DNA of 64,000 nucleotides from a virus (Duplodnaviria > Heunggongvirae > Uroviricota > Caudoviricetes): positions 15,284 through 79,283 of the IMG/VR virus record IMGVR_UViG_3300017778_003242; one strand, given 5' to 3'. The translations under genes were made by a program, and so were the position numbers. Positions 46,975 through 54,748 of this stretch are shown here, in pieces; positions within the stretch are counted from its first letter, which is position 1, and every line of letters starts with the position of its first letter. The notes beneath the pieces were generated by a model, which was given only the letters and a program-made list of their open reading frames with translations, ran no database searches and was not told where the DNA came from.

Positions 46975-47241
46975 ATGACAATGTTTTCGGGCCAAGTTTC
47001 GGTTTCAGTGTTCCAATGCCTGACCATCGCGTCCGGGCTGGATATGTACCGGAAATTCAAAATGATGCCGAACCGCAACTATACGCCGAAAGCCATGATG
47101 GACGCGGCGTCGCGGATCACGGGCCAGAAATTCAAGGCTCGCGATTACGAAGGCGCTGCAATCGCCCTGCGGGCGCTGGCGGAAAAGACCAAGAACGAAA
47201 TCCACGCTGGCCAGCATGAAGGGAACTCGATCACCCCTTAA
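46975..47241 (+). CDS. hypothetical protein (88 aa)
   Basis: ATG 46975 after AACGGAGAAC. N-terminal hydrophobic segment. Confidence 0.45.
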   Translation: MTMFSGQVSVSVFQCLTIASGLDMYRKFKMMPNRNYTPKAMMDAASRITGQKFKARDYEGAAIALRALAEKTKNEIHAGQHEGNSITP

Positions 47242-47271
47242 GCCCGGCCCCGGCTCGGGGACGGGAGTTGA

Positions 47272-47303
47272 CCATGGCCCGAAAGGGCCATGGTTAATTT
47301 TTT
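47272..47303 (+). terminator. rho-independent terminator
   Basis: CCATGGCCCGAAAGGGCCATGG + TTAATTTTTT. Confidence 0.6.
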
Positions 47304-47313
47304 GCCTCAATCC

Positions 47314-47342
47314 GTTAACCTTAACAGCCTATTAAGGTTAAC
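47314..47342. promoter_or_regulatory. TTAA-N7-TTAAG hairpin element, copy 3
   Basis: CGTTAACCTTAACAGCCTATTAAGGTTAAC. Confidence 0.45.
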
Positions 47343-47418
47343 AACTCATTAACCGCCGAAAATAGGTCGTCAATCCATTATATCACAAAAATCCGGGCCT
47401 GTCAAGTAGAAAAATGCA

Positions 47419-47460
47419 ACATTACAAATTTGTAATAATGCAAAATAGCTATTGCATATC
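47419..47460 (+). promoter_or_regulatory. operator cassette 5 (ACATTACAAATTTGTAAT + ATGCAAAATAGCTATTGCAT)
   Basis: Variant of palindrome 1 followed by second palindrome ATGCAAAATAGCTATTGCAT. Confidence 0.5.
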
Positions 47461-47572
47461 CTCCAATCATGTGAGATACCTTGCACATCGAGAGAGGGGA
47501 GCGGGACAAGCAACCGCCCACCGGAAGCCCCGGCAGCTCCCCTCTCCCGACCAAAAAAATGGAGACGAAATC

Positions 47573-47839
47573 ATGAGCCGCGACCTGATCAATATCGACG
47601 CAGTGGCCCCCGCACATTGGGCCTGCTATTTCTTCAATGACGACCCGGAAGGCCTGTCTGATGCGGATATCGCCGCCGCTGATGCCTTCATCGCTCGCGT
47701 GGACGCTGGAGCCCCGGCGCACATGGACGAAGAGGAAGAGCATTATTTTGCGCATGGCCATCAGGTCGCGCTGCTTTGCCCCGAAGCGCCGCGCCTCGGT
47801 TGCACTCTGGCCATGTATTACTTTTTGAAGGAGGCATAA
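47573..47839 (+). CDS. hypothetical acidic protein (88 aa)
   Basis: GGAGA SD before ATG 47573. Confidence 0.45.
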   Translation: MSRDLINIDAVAPAHWACYFFNDDPEGLSDADIAAADAFIARVDAGAPAHMDEEEEHYFAHGHQVALLCPEAPRLGCTLAMYYFLKEA

Positions 47840-47841
47840 GC

Positions 47842-48138
47842 GTGGAACACTCAACGCAAATGGTTCTCGTCCTGCTTCATACGCGGATTCCGGGCAATGA
47901 GAATTGCGCTCGCATGACCCTCGATCGCCCGGCCACTAGGCGAGCCGCTGAGCGCTACGCGCGCGACGCGTGGGATTTGGTCGCGACGCTCGACGATCTC
48001 GCCCACCGCTTCGCGTGGGACTATAACCTGCCTGTCCTGTTGGCCCGTTCCATGCTGGTCACATGCTGTCAGGAAATTTACAAGCGGGAGGGGTTTGACT
48101 TCAATCAACCCCTCGACGTGATCCGGGAGGTTTTCTAG
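47842..48138 (+). CDS. hypothetical protein (98 aa)
   Basis: GTG start 7 nt after GAAGGAGG SD. Confidence 0.4.
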   Translation: MEHSTQMVLVLLHTRIPGNENCARMTLDRPATRRAAERYARDAWDLVATLDDLAHRFAWDYNLPVLLARSMLVTCCQEIYKREGFDFNQPLDVIREVF

Positions 48139-48383
48139 TGGCGCAATCGTTTGGTGGACGCCTGCGTCCAATCATTGAAGGGGTATACACGGAAGGCGCA
48201 CAAGCGCCTTCCAAGCCTCCCTTTGAGTGTGAGCGAACCGGCTGGACGCCCGCCGACCTATTGCCGCGATGGGTCGCGGATATCGGCTGGATTATCGGGC
48301 TATTGCTGCGCAAGATATGGCTTTACGTTTGTGCGCCGACCGGCGCACTGGCGTTCGGGATCGCCTTCCTGCATCTGAGCTAG
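48138..48383 (+). CDS. small membrane protein (81 aa)
   Basis: GTG start overlapping the upstream stop. TMs (GWIIGLLLRKIWLYVCAPTGALAFGIAFL). Confidence 0.35.
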   Translation: MAQSFGGRLRPIIEGVYTEGAQAPSKPPFECERTGWTPADLLPRWVADIGWIIGLLLRKIWLYVCAPTGALAFGIAFLHLS

Positions 48384-48465
48384 GGGTTTCTCTCCGTTTC
48401 CCCTAGTGACACTGGCCCGGCTTGCCACGCGCGCGAGCCGGGCCACTTTTTTGAAATAATGCAAA

Positions 48466-48490
48466 ATAGCTATTGCATACCCGGCTATTC
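48466..48490 (+). promoter_or_regulatory. operator cassette 6 (ATGCAAAATAGCTATTGCAT only)
   Basis: Second-palindrome copy without the ACATTACAAA element, upstream of gene 48531. Confidence 0.4.
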
Positions 48491-48530
48491 TATGCCATCA
48501 ATAGCAGGTCAGCAAAAACGGAGATGCGAC

Positions 48531-48806
48531 ATGGCTTTGACCTTCACCATCGACCAGTTTAACGAGTACATCGAGAATGGCCCGTACGCATGGCCCGGCG
48601 GATATCCGCTCTACTTCGTCACGCGTGACGGTGAGGCGCTGTCATTTGACGCCGTTCTCGCCAATATCGAGTACATTCGCGAGGCAATCCAGCAGGACTA
48701 TAGCACTGACTGGCGCGTGATCGCTTGTGAGATCAATTGGGAAGACGCCGACCTGATTTGCTCCCACACTGGCAAGCGAATCGAGTGCGCGTACCCGCAG
48801 GACTAA
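48531..48806 (+). CDS. hypothetical protein (91 aa)
   Basis: ATG after AAAAACGGAGATG. Confidence 0.45.
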   Translation: MALTFTIDQFNEYIENGPYAWPGGYPLYFVTRDGEALSFDAVLANIEYIREAIQQDYSTDWRVIACEINWEDADLICSHTGKRIECAYPQD

Positions 48807-48812
48807 GGAAAG

Positions 48813-48850
48813 GTTAACCGCGGCCCGCAAGGGTCGTGGTTAATTTTTCG
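48813..48850 (+). terminator. rho-independent terminator
   Basis: GGTTAACCGCGGCCCGCAAGGGTCGTGGTTAATTTTTC. Confidence 0.6.
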
Positions 48851-48859
48851 CCGCCGCGC

Positions 48860-48907
48860 GTTAACCTTAACAGCCTGTTAACCTTACCGCCCTGTTAAGG
48901 TTAACAA
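48860..48907. promoter_or_regulatory. TTAACC/TTAAGG hairpin element, copy 4 (expanded)
   Basis: GTTAACCTTAACAGCCTGTTAACCTTACCGCCCTGTTAAGGTTAAC. Confidence 0.4.
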
Positions 48908-48981
48908 CTCATTAACGCCGAAAAAATGGTTTTAGCCTCAGAATATCATAGCCCTGTCAAAGTGTCAAGGCATAAAATGCA

Positions 48982-49021
48982 ACATTACAAATTTGTAATA
49001 ATGCAAAATAGCTATTGCATA
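48982..49021 (+). promoter_or_regulatory. operator cassette 7
   Basis: ACATTACAAATTTGTAATAATGCAAAATAGCTATTGCAT, identical to cassette 5. Confidence 0.5.
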
Positions 49022-49070
49022 TCCTCCAATCATGTGGCATTGTCTCTTTATCAGAAACGGAGTTGATCAG

Positions 49071-49253
49071 ATGACCTACCTCGAAACCCGCGCCGCCGTC
49101 TCCCGCGCTCTTGAAGAGCCGGGCGTTGAACACGTCAATTCGGATGCCTTCTTCGCGGCGTGCGACAAGTGGGATATCGAGCCCGGCGATCTGGAAGACG
49201 CCCTGTTCGAGTGTGGCGTGCAAGAGGCGGAAGACCGCCGCCACTTTGACTAG
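49071..49253 (+). CDS. hypothetical acidic protein (60 aa)
   Basis: ATG after AAACGGAG. Confidence 0.4.
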   Translation: MTYLETRAAVSRALEEPGVEHVNSDAFFAACDKWDIEPGDLEDALFECGVQEAEDRRHFD

Positions 49254-49315
49254 ACTGGAGCCCCGAAAGCTCTGGAGCCCCTGAACCGGGCTCAACTGGA
49301 CTGGCCCGCAGTGGC

Positions 49316-49345
49316 TACCCGCCCTTAACCATGGGGCGGGTTTTT
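49316..49345 (+). terminator. rho-independent terminator
   Basis: CCCGCCCTTAACCATGGGGCGGG + TTTTTC. Confidence 0.55.
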
Positions 49346-49369
49346 CTTAGTTAATGCCTATTAACCAAG

Positions 49370-50200
49370 AAACTATGGTTAATGGCCCATTAACCTTAAC
49401 ACGCCGTTAACCTTAACGCCGTTAACCTTAATAGCCTGTTAAGGTTAACGGAGCATGAAAATTAATCGACGCGTCGGATTTATCGGTTATTAACCTTGAA
49501 GTCCCCCGCGGCTTCTCAAAGCTGAAGTCCCCCTCGGCCTTGAAGTCCCCCACGGCCTCTTGATTAACCTTAACAGATTAACCTTAATAGCCTGTTAAGG
49601 TTAATAAGAAATGTCTTATTAACATGCACGGCTCGCATCAGAATTTTCTTATGAATATATTAACCTTAACGCCTTGAAGTCCCCCTCGGCCTCTCGCAAA
49701 ATTAACCTAAACGGCGCTAATTAACCCTAATTTATAGCCGATTAAGGTTAATTAGTATACTTATAGACGAGGTTATACGGGCTGTTAGGGTTAATTTTAC
49801 GTTATACGGCGTTAAGGCTAATTAGCGCTCCGCCCTCCCGGCCTTATGGCTAATATAGCTCGACCATTAACCTTCCGCCCTATGGCGTCCAGTGTGAGGT
49901 CGCAAAAGGGGCATTTGGGCCTTTATTTATAAGGGTTTTTGACAATCACTACCTATTAACCTTCCTCTCATCTTAAAGTGCTGAGAAAATATTATGGATA
50001 ATGGAGTGTCCCAAAAGGGGATTGGCACCCTATTATAAACCCTAATAGGCTTAATTAGGGTGATGCCACCCTACTTATACGGGGACGGTAACCCTAACCG
50101 CCCTCCCCGCCCTGAGCTGGCTCTTCACCTATCTTAGGAACGTTATCGCGCACCGCCTTTTAACCTAAACGCTGCCCAACCTCTTAAGACGGGGTGACCC
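49370..50200. repeat. noncoding region densely packed with TTAACC(T)TAA / TTAACCAT motifs
   Basis: More than 25 copies of TTAACC or GGTTAA in about 830 bp. Includes tandem GTTAACCTTAA units and TTAACACGCCGTTAAC, a perfect TTAA-N7-TTAAC. Confidence 0.6.
49497..49692 (+). repeat. iteron-like direct repeats TGAAGTCCCC-NNGGCCT (x4)
   Basis: Copies at 49497, 49523, 49541 and 49674. Adjacent CGACGCGTCG palindrome and AT-rich stretch. Confidence 0.55.
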
Positions 50201-50215
50201 GCCCCAGTTAAAAGG

Positions 50216-50965
50216 GTGACGGCCCCCTTGCCCCGTGGCCCGTCCCTTGCTATGTGCGGAAGCATGATCGACGCAACCGCCCTCGCAAGACACCGCGCCC
50301 TGATAGGACGCAATGACCAACTCAATGATGTCCCGCGCAACTATGAGGCGTGGACGTTATCCGGCCTTGGGGCGTCCGGCCCGGTCGAGATGGGCCTCCC
50401 GCCTGCTTTGCGTGGCGACCTGCTTAGGGAGTACATGGGGCGCGGACCCACAACGACGGCCAAGTCAATCTTTGGTCGAGACGTGGACCCATTGCGGCCT
50501 CTGGACTATCAGGCGCGCATCACCCGGACCCTCGGCTTTAAGGCCAAGCAAGGCCTCCCGACGTTTATCTACTGGCATCACCTTCCCATTATGAGACTCC
50601 AGTCTTATGGGGAGACGCCGCACATTCTGATATCATCCTATCACGCCCGCGCATCAAAGCAGGCGACCCGCGCGCTATTCGCTGCAAACAACATGCTGGA
50701 CTACCTGTTGACCGGCGTCCGCCTATCCATGAAAGGCGTCGAGATCACGCGGCGGCATGAGGTCACGCCATGGCCCGGCACACTCAACAAGCCCGACGTG
50801 TACATCCCAGTGCAGGGCCGCAATGGGAAGGGCCTCCCATTCTGGGACGCCATATCGTTCCAATTCGTTTCATGTCGGCCATTGGCATACGCGGGCGGCA
50901 TGGAGTACGAGCCCATAAAGCCATTCCCTAATCGGGTCGGCAGTGACGACGGCATGGCATTCTAA
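50216..50965 (+). CDS. hypothetical protein (about 234-249 aa), first gene after the iteron region
   Basis: ORF. Start ambiguous (GTG 50216, ATG 50252 or 50264). No motif. A candidate replication initiator by position only. Confidence 0.4.
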   Translation: MTAPLPRGPSLAMCGSMIDATALARHRALIGRNDQLNDVPRNYEAWTLSGLGASGPVEMGLPPALRGDLLREYMGRGPTTTAKSIFGRDVDPLRPLDYQARITRTLGFKAKQGLPTFIYWHHLPIMRLQSYGETPHILISSYHARASKQATRALFAANNMLDYLLTGVRLSMKGVEITRRHEVTPWPGTLNKPDVYIPVQGRNGKGLPFWDAISFQFVSCRPLAYAGGMEYEPIKPFPNRVGSDDGMAF

Positions 50966-51001
50966 TTGCATCACACTGATCAGAGCAAGCAAGGGCATCA
51001 C

Positions 51002-51247
51002 ATGACTGACGGCGAAAGCATCGTTGACACAATGGCCCGGCGCACAATCGCCAAAGCGATCGCGACGGCCAATCGTTCCGGCACGGCGACGGATCACTAC
51101 CGGACGTTGTCCGGTCAACAGATTCAGTTTGCCGCGAATTGGGACGCGGGGGAGTGCGCCCTTTCAATGCAGTGGACGGTCAACGGCGCGGCCTGCAATC
51201 CGTCTATCTGCGCCCACCTTATCGACTGCCACATCAGGAGCCTCTAG
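51002..51247 (+). CDS. hypothetical protein (81 aa)
   Basis: AAGGG SD before ATG 51002. Confidence 0.4.
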   Translation: MTDGESIVDTMARRTIAKAIATANRSGTATDHYRTLSGQQIQFAANWDAGECALSMQWTVNGAACNPSICAHLIDCHIRSL

Positions 51248-51306
51248 GCCTCTGGTGGCATGACGATTGCATCAACCTGATCAGAGCAACACAACGGAGC
51301 ACGACA

Positions 51307-51582
51307 ATGAACCTGATCAAGAAAGACGCAGACGCCCGTTTTCTGGCGGAAGCCGCGACCCTCGCGACCCGTCAAGCTAACGCGCTGCACGCCGCACGGG
51401 AAGCACGCGACGCTGAAGACGCGGCGCGGCGGCGCTGGGCCAATTGCCCGGACGAGCTGGAGCGCTCACGTCTGGCTGGCGCGTACATCGCCGCGCAAGA
51501 GTACACGGCCAAGGCCATCGCGTACGCCAATGACATGCTGCGCATCAAAATGGAATTCCCGCGCTCGCGTCGCGCGGCATAG
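51307..51582 (+). CDS. hypothetical protein (91 aa)
   Basis: ACAACGGAGC SD before ATG 51307. Confidence 0.45.
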   Translation: MNLIKKDADARFLAEAATLATRQANALHAAREARDAEDAARRRWANCPDELERSRLAGAYIAAQEYTAKAIAYANDMLRIKMEFPRSRRAA

Positions 51583-51623
51583 GGATTGCATCGTCTCACT
51601 TAGAGCAACCCGAGAGTTTCAAC

Positions 51624-51890
51624 ATGACGCACGGCTTCACCATCATCGACGACATGGCCCGCAAGGCAACGCTGCGCGCGGTCACCGGCGCGAACTTCGC
51701 GCTGGAGGAAAACATTTACACGCTGCGCGACGGCCATCAAGTCATCGCGTCGGCGTGCTGGGAAAATGGAGGCGTGACCCTCAAATACCGGCTTGACGGC
51801 CTGACGGTAACGCGCGAAAGAGCGGCAGAGGTTATCGACGACAACTGGCGCGCGGTTGCATTCGCGGCCATGAGCGAGAAGGCGGTCTAA
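51624..51890 (+). CDS. hypothetical protein (88 aa)
   Basis: ORF preceded by a TTGCATC...AGAGCAAC motif. Confidence 0.45.
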   Translation: MTHGFTIIDDMARKATLRAVTGANFALEENIYTLRDGHQVIASACWENGGVTLKYRLDGLTVTRERAAEVIDDNWRAVAFAAMSEKAV

Positions 51891-51891
51891 C

Positions 51892-52131
51892 ATGGAACGC
51901 GTGACACTGCTGCGCCAGCTTTACCCGCATGGCCCTTTCGTCGAGATCGCGACGTACGGCCAGCCGGAGGAATTCAGCAAAGCCCTGCCCGGCCTTCTGG
52001 GACCGCTGGACGGCCTGCTGGAGTATCATCGGCATCGCGGGCTACGCCACGATATCATCGAGATCGAGAAACGCATGGTTGACGGCACAGTCTCCAAAGA
52101 GCGTTACAAGGTCACCGGGCTAGGCGCGTGA
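51892..52131 (+). CDS. hypothetical protein (79 aa)
   Basis: Tightly spaced ORF. Confidence 0.4.
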   Translation: MERVTLLRQLYPHGPFVEIATYGQPEEFSKALPGLLGPLDGLLEYHRHRGLRHDIIEIEKRMVDGTVSKERYKVTGLGA

Positions 52132-52191
52132 ATATGGCACGGCCATTGCATTGTACTGATCACTGCCAACCGACCACCGAGAGACACAAAA

Positions 52192-52410
52192 ATGCGTTAC
52201 GACTTCATGCGGATCAATGCGAACCACATCACCGGCCCGGTCAACGTGTCGATTGACGGCAGGCTTGTGGCCCGGTTCGAGACGACACTGGGCTCGCCCT
52301 TCGCGGCCTTCGTTGAAGGCATCGCCCGGTCCGGCGCGTCGCTGTATGACGCGGACCGCGCTCAATACATCGTCGGCAATCTTGACCAACTGATGGGAGT
52401 CGCACCGTGA
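52192..52410 (+). CDS. hypothetical protein (72 aa)
   Basis: ORF preceded by a TTGCATTGTACTGATCA motif. Confidence 0.4.
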   Translation: MRYDFMRINANHITGPVNVSIDGRLVARFETTLGSPFAAFVEGIARSGASLYDADRAQYIVGNLDQLMGVAP

Positions 52411-52637
52411 AGGAATTCAGTGTAGACGTGCCCGTCTGGGCAACGCTGTACATCAAGGCCAACTCTGAAGAGGAAGCCAAGGCGAAGGCGCTGGAATACG
52501 TCGGCACGCACGTCAAGCCTAAATTCGCGACGCTCAACATTGAGAGCGACGGTGATGAGCCGGAAGGCGTGAGCTTGTCCGAAGTGGCCACGATCCACGG
52601 CCTGCCTGACGATGCAACTCTGGACGAGTGCGACTAA
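52407..52637 (+). CDS. hypothetical acidic protein (76 aa)
   Basis: GTG start overlapping the upstream stop. Confidence 0.35.
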   Translation: MKEFSVDVPVWATLYIKANSEEEAKAKALEYVGTHVKPKFATLNIESDGDEPEGVSLSEVATIHGLPDDATLDECD

Positions 52638-52909
52638 TGCCGAAAGGCGTGTACGCCCGGCGACCGGACGCCAAGCGCCACCCGGCGCAAACGATGGCGG
52701 ACGGGCGTCTGGCGCACAACCGGAAGCCATCAGCACGAACGCGCACGCTTCTTGCACTGATGGAGAAAGAGCGATCCTGCGACGCTGTGGCAAAGGCGAC
52801 GGGCCTTGCGGTAAGCAACGTGTGGGATAGAGTGAAACGCTGGCGTCCCGAATTGCTCGGGCGGCGGTATATCAAGAGAAGCGCAAGGGAACGATATGAA
52901 TCACGCTGA
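52628..52909 (+). CDS. small HTH DNA-binding protein
   Basis: CDAVAKATGLAVSNVWDRVKRW helix-turn-helix-like segment. 93 aa. Confidence 0.4.
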   Translation: MRLMPKGVYARRPDAKRHPAQTMADGRLAHNRKPSARTRTLLALMEKERSCDAVAKATGLAVSNVWDRVKRWRPELLGRRYIKRSARERYESR

Positions 52910-53309
52910 GCTGACTGCCCTACTGATCAAGGAACGCAAGACCATCGACCCGGAGCTGGCGCAAATGCTGAGCACGGGGTCGGCCCCCATTGTCGCGCTG
53001 CTGCGCCAAGGCGTGAGCGCTTGGGCGGAAAAACTGGCGGCGGACATCCTCGGCCCGGTTGTCGTTTATCGGGTCACCGTCTCGAAACATGACGGCGCTG
53101 GCATGATTAACGGGATCAAGGCGCTGCGCCAGTGGTCCGGCAACCTCGGCCTGAAGGAAGCCAAGGACATCACGGAAGGCCTGCGCGACGGCACAATGGT
53201 TGCACAGACCATTCTGACGACGGATGACGAGAACGCGGCGGAACAGGCGCGCAAGGAACTGATCATTGCAGGCTTCAATGCCACCGTGATCAAGAAAGAA
53301 AGGGAATAG
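52896..53309 (+). CDS. protein with ribosomal bL12 (L7/L12) C-terminal-domain homology
   Basis: C-terminal 70 aa [68 protein letters not shown] align with E. coli bL12 CTD [30 protein letters not shown]...[22 protein letters not shown]. Confidence 0.6.
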   Translation: [137 protein letters not shown]

Positions 53310-53312
53310 GAC

Positions 53313-53519
53313 GTGGCTAACTTCCTGCTGCGCGGCACGGACATCAAAACCGGGCGCATCATGTTCTACACCGGCAAGCAAGGGCCGGAGGCGTTCACTG
53401 TTAACCGGCGTCTCGCTAAGGTTTACAAGCGAGACGACGGCGACGCTGACCTGACCTGCGAAAGTCTCAACAAGGGACGCGCGACGCATCGGATGGACTT
53501 CAATGTTGAACCGCTTTAA
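53313..53519 (+). CDS. hypothetical protein (68 aa)
   Basis: GTG start 6 nt after AAGGGAA. Confidence 0.35.
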   Translation: MANFLLRGTDIKTGRIMFYTGKQGPEAFTVNRRLAKVYKRDDGDADLTCESLNKGRATHRMDFNVEPL

Positions 53520-53739
53520 CCATTGGGTCGCGAAGCACTGGCGCGAGATCATCGTGGTTAACATGGTCGCTGGGGCATCAACCCTAATGTCGATCGTGGC
53601 CTATGTTGGCACGCGTCCCAATTGCGCACAAGACTATTCCCGAAATGGCGTGACGGTTCACTACCTGAGTTGCGTCCCGCCCGGCTACGGCCCTGCGATA
53701 CGGGCGCACCCGCCTGCGGACTTGCGCGGCCACACGTGA
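53503..53739 (+). CDS. small membrane protein (78 aa)
   Basis: TM (IIVVNMVAGASTLMSIVAYVG). Confidence 0.35.
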   Translation: MLNRFNHWVAKHWREIIVVNMVAGASTLMSIVAYVGTRPNCAQDYSRNGVTVHYLSCVPPGYGPAIRAHPPADLRGHT

Positions 53740-53750
53740 AGGCGACGGCC

Positions 53751-53867
53751 ATGATATTGGTCGCGTTGCTCTTCGTGGCATGTCTCTTGCTTCCATCCCG
53801 GCAGAGCAACCTACTCAACGAAGAGCGAGACAAAGGCAACCAAACGCAAGCAGAAAACGCGCGCTGA
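53751..53867 (+). CDS. tiny membrane protein (38 aa)
   Basis: MILVALLFVACLLLP TM. GAAGG SD before ATG 53751. Confidence 0.3.
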   Translation: MILVALLFVACLLLPSRQSNLLNEERDKGNQTQAENAR

Positions 53868-53880
53868 ACTGGCGCGCGAA

Positions 53881-54117
53881 GTGAAAGAGCTGACGGCGCA
53901 ACTGGCATCGACGGCACACTTCGCAGCGGCAGAGATCAAGAAACTGGGGACGGACCGCATCATGGGGAGCGCGGTCATCCTTGAGCTGAGCGTGCTGGGC
54001 GGTCGCACGGTTCACCCGGTCGCAATCCGGGACGGCCTGAGCCCCGAGACTATCGCGGCGCTGGTCAATGACCTGAAGCGCAGCTATGACATTGCGACCA
54101 TCTTCAAACCAAAGTGA
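53881..54117 (+). CDS. hypothetical protein (78 aa)
   Basis: ORF. Confidence 0.4.
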   Translation: MKELTAQLASTAHFAAAEIKKLGTDRIMGSAVILELSVLGGRTVHPVAIRDGLSPETIAALVNDLKRSYDIATIFKPK

Positions 54118-54124
54118 GACAGCT

Positions 54125-54322
54125 ATGTTTCGACTGAGCACGATCCAGCGCGACGGCATGACGTACACGGTCCGGCTGAAAGTCTATTCAACGGCGTTTG
54201 ATCGCCTGCTAGATGCGATGGACAACGGCGCGTTGTACGGCGTGATTCTTGACGATAGCGACCTAGTTGTGGACGAACGCGTCCGCAATATCGCGGCGCT
54301 GGCGTATGAGCTGCGCCAATGA
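54125..54322 (+). CDS. hypothetical protein (65 aa)
   Basis: ATG 54125. Confidence 0.35.
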   Translation: MFRLSTIQRDGMTYTVRLKVYSTAFDRLLDAMDNGALYGVILDDSDLVVDERVRNIAALAYELRQ

Positions 54323-54492
54323 TCACGTATCACCTGACAAGGCTAAGCGACGGTCGCGTCATGTTCGCGCCGCCCTTCAATCTGCCGTCTCACACGTTCC
54401 CGGATGAAGGCGCGGCGCGCTGGTTTTTGCGCGGCTGGTTCTATGCACTTCACCCGCGCGCAAGCTATGCCTACAAGGTAGAGATCGATTAA
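54319..54492 (+). CDS. hypothetical protein (57 aa, below ORF-track cutoff)
   Basis: ATGA overlap upstream, TAATG overlap downstream. MITYHLTRLSDGRVMFAPPFNLPSHTF... Confidence 0.35.
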   Translation: MITYHLTRLSDGRVMFAPPFNLPSHTFPDEGAARWFLRGWFYALHPRASYAYKVEID

Positions 54493-54686
54493 TGGACAAG
54501 GACACGCTCGCGCTGGCGAAAGAGCTGACGGCGTGGCTAGAGATCGACGGCCATCTACATACAGCGTCGGCGATCCTGTGCGACGCGCTGAGACAGGCCA
54601 CACTCCCGGCCACCGTTCACTGGCTGGCGGCGATTGCCGAACGCTACGGCTTCCAGCAAGCGCCTTCAATTAATGACTTGACCTGA
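54492..54686 (+). CDS. hypothetical protein (64 aa)
   Basis: ORF. Confidence 0.4.
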   Translation: MDKDTLALAKELTAWLEIDGHLHTASAILCDALRQATLPATVHWLAAIAERYGFQQAPSINDLT

Positions 54687-54748
54687 TAAAGAACGCCATG
54701 GCATAGCGGTTGCATCATCATCACTAGAGCAACCGAAGAGTTTCAAAA

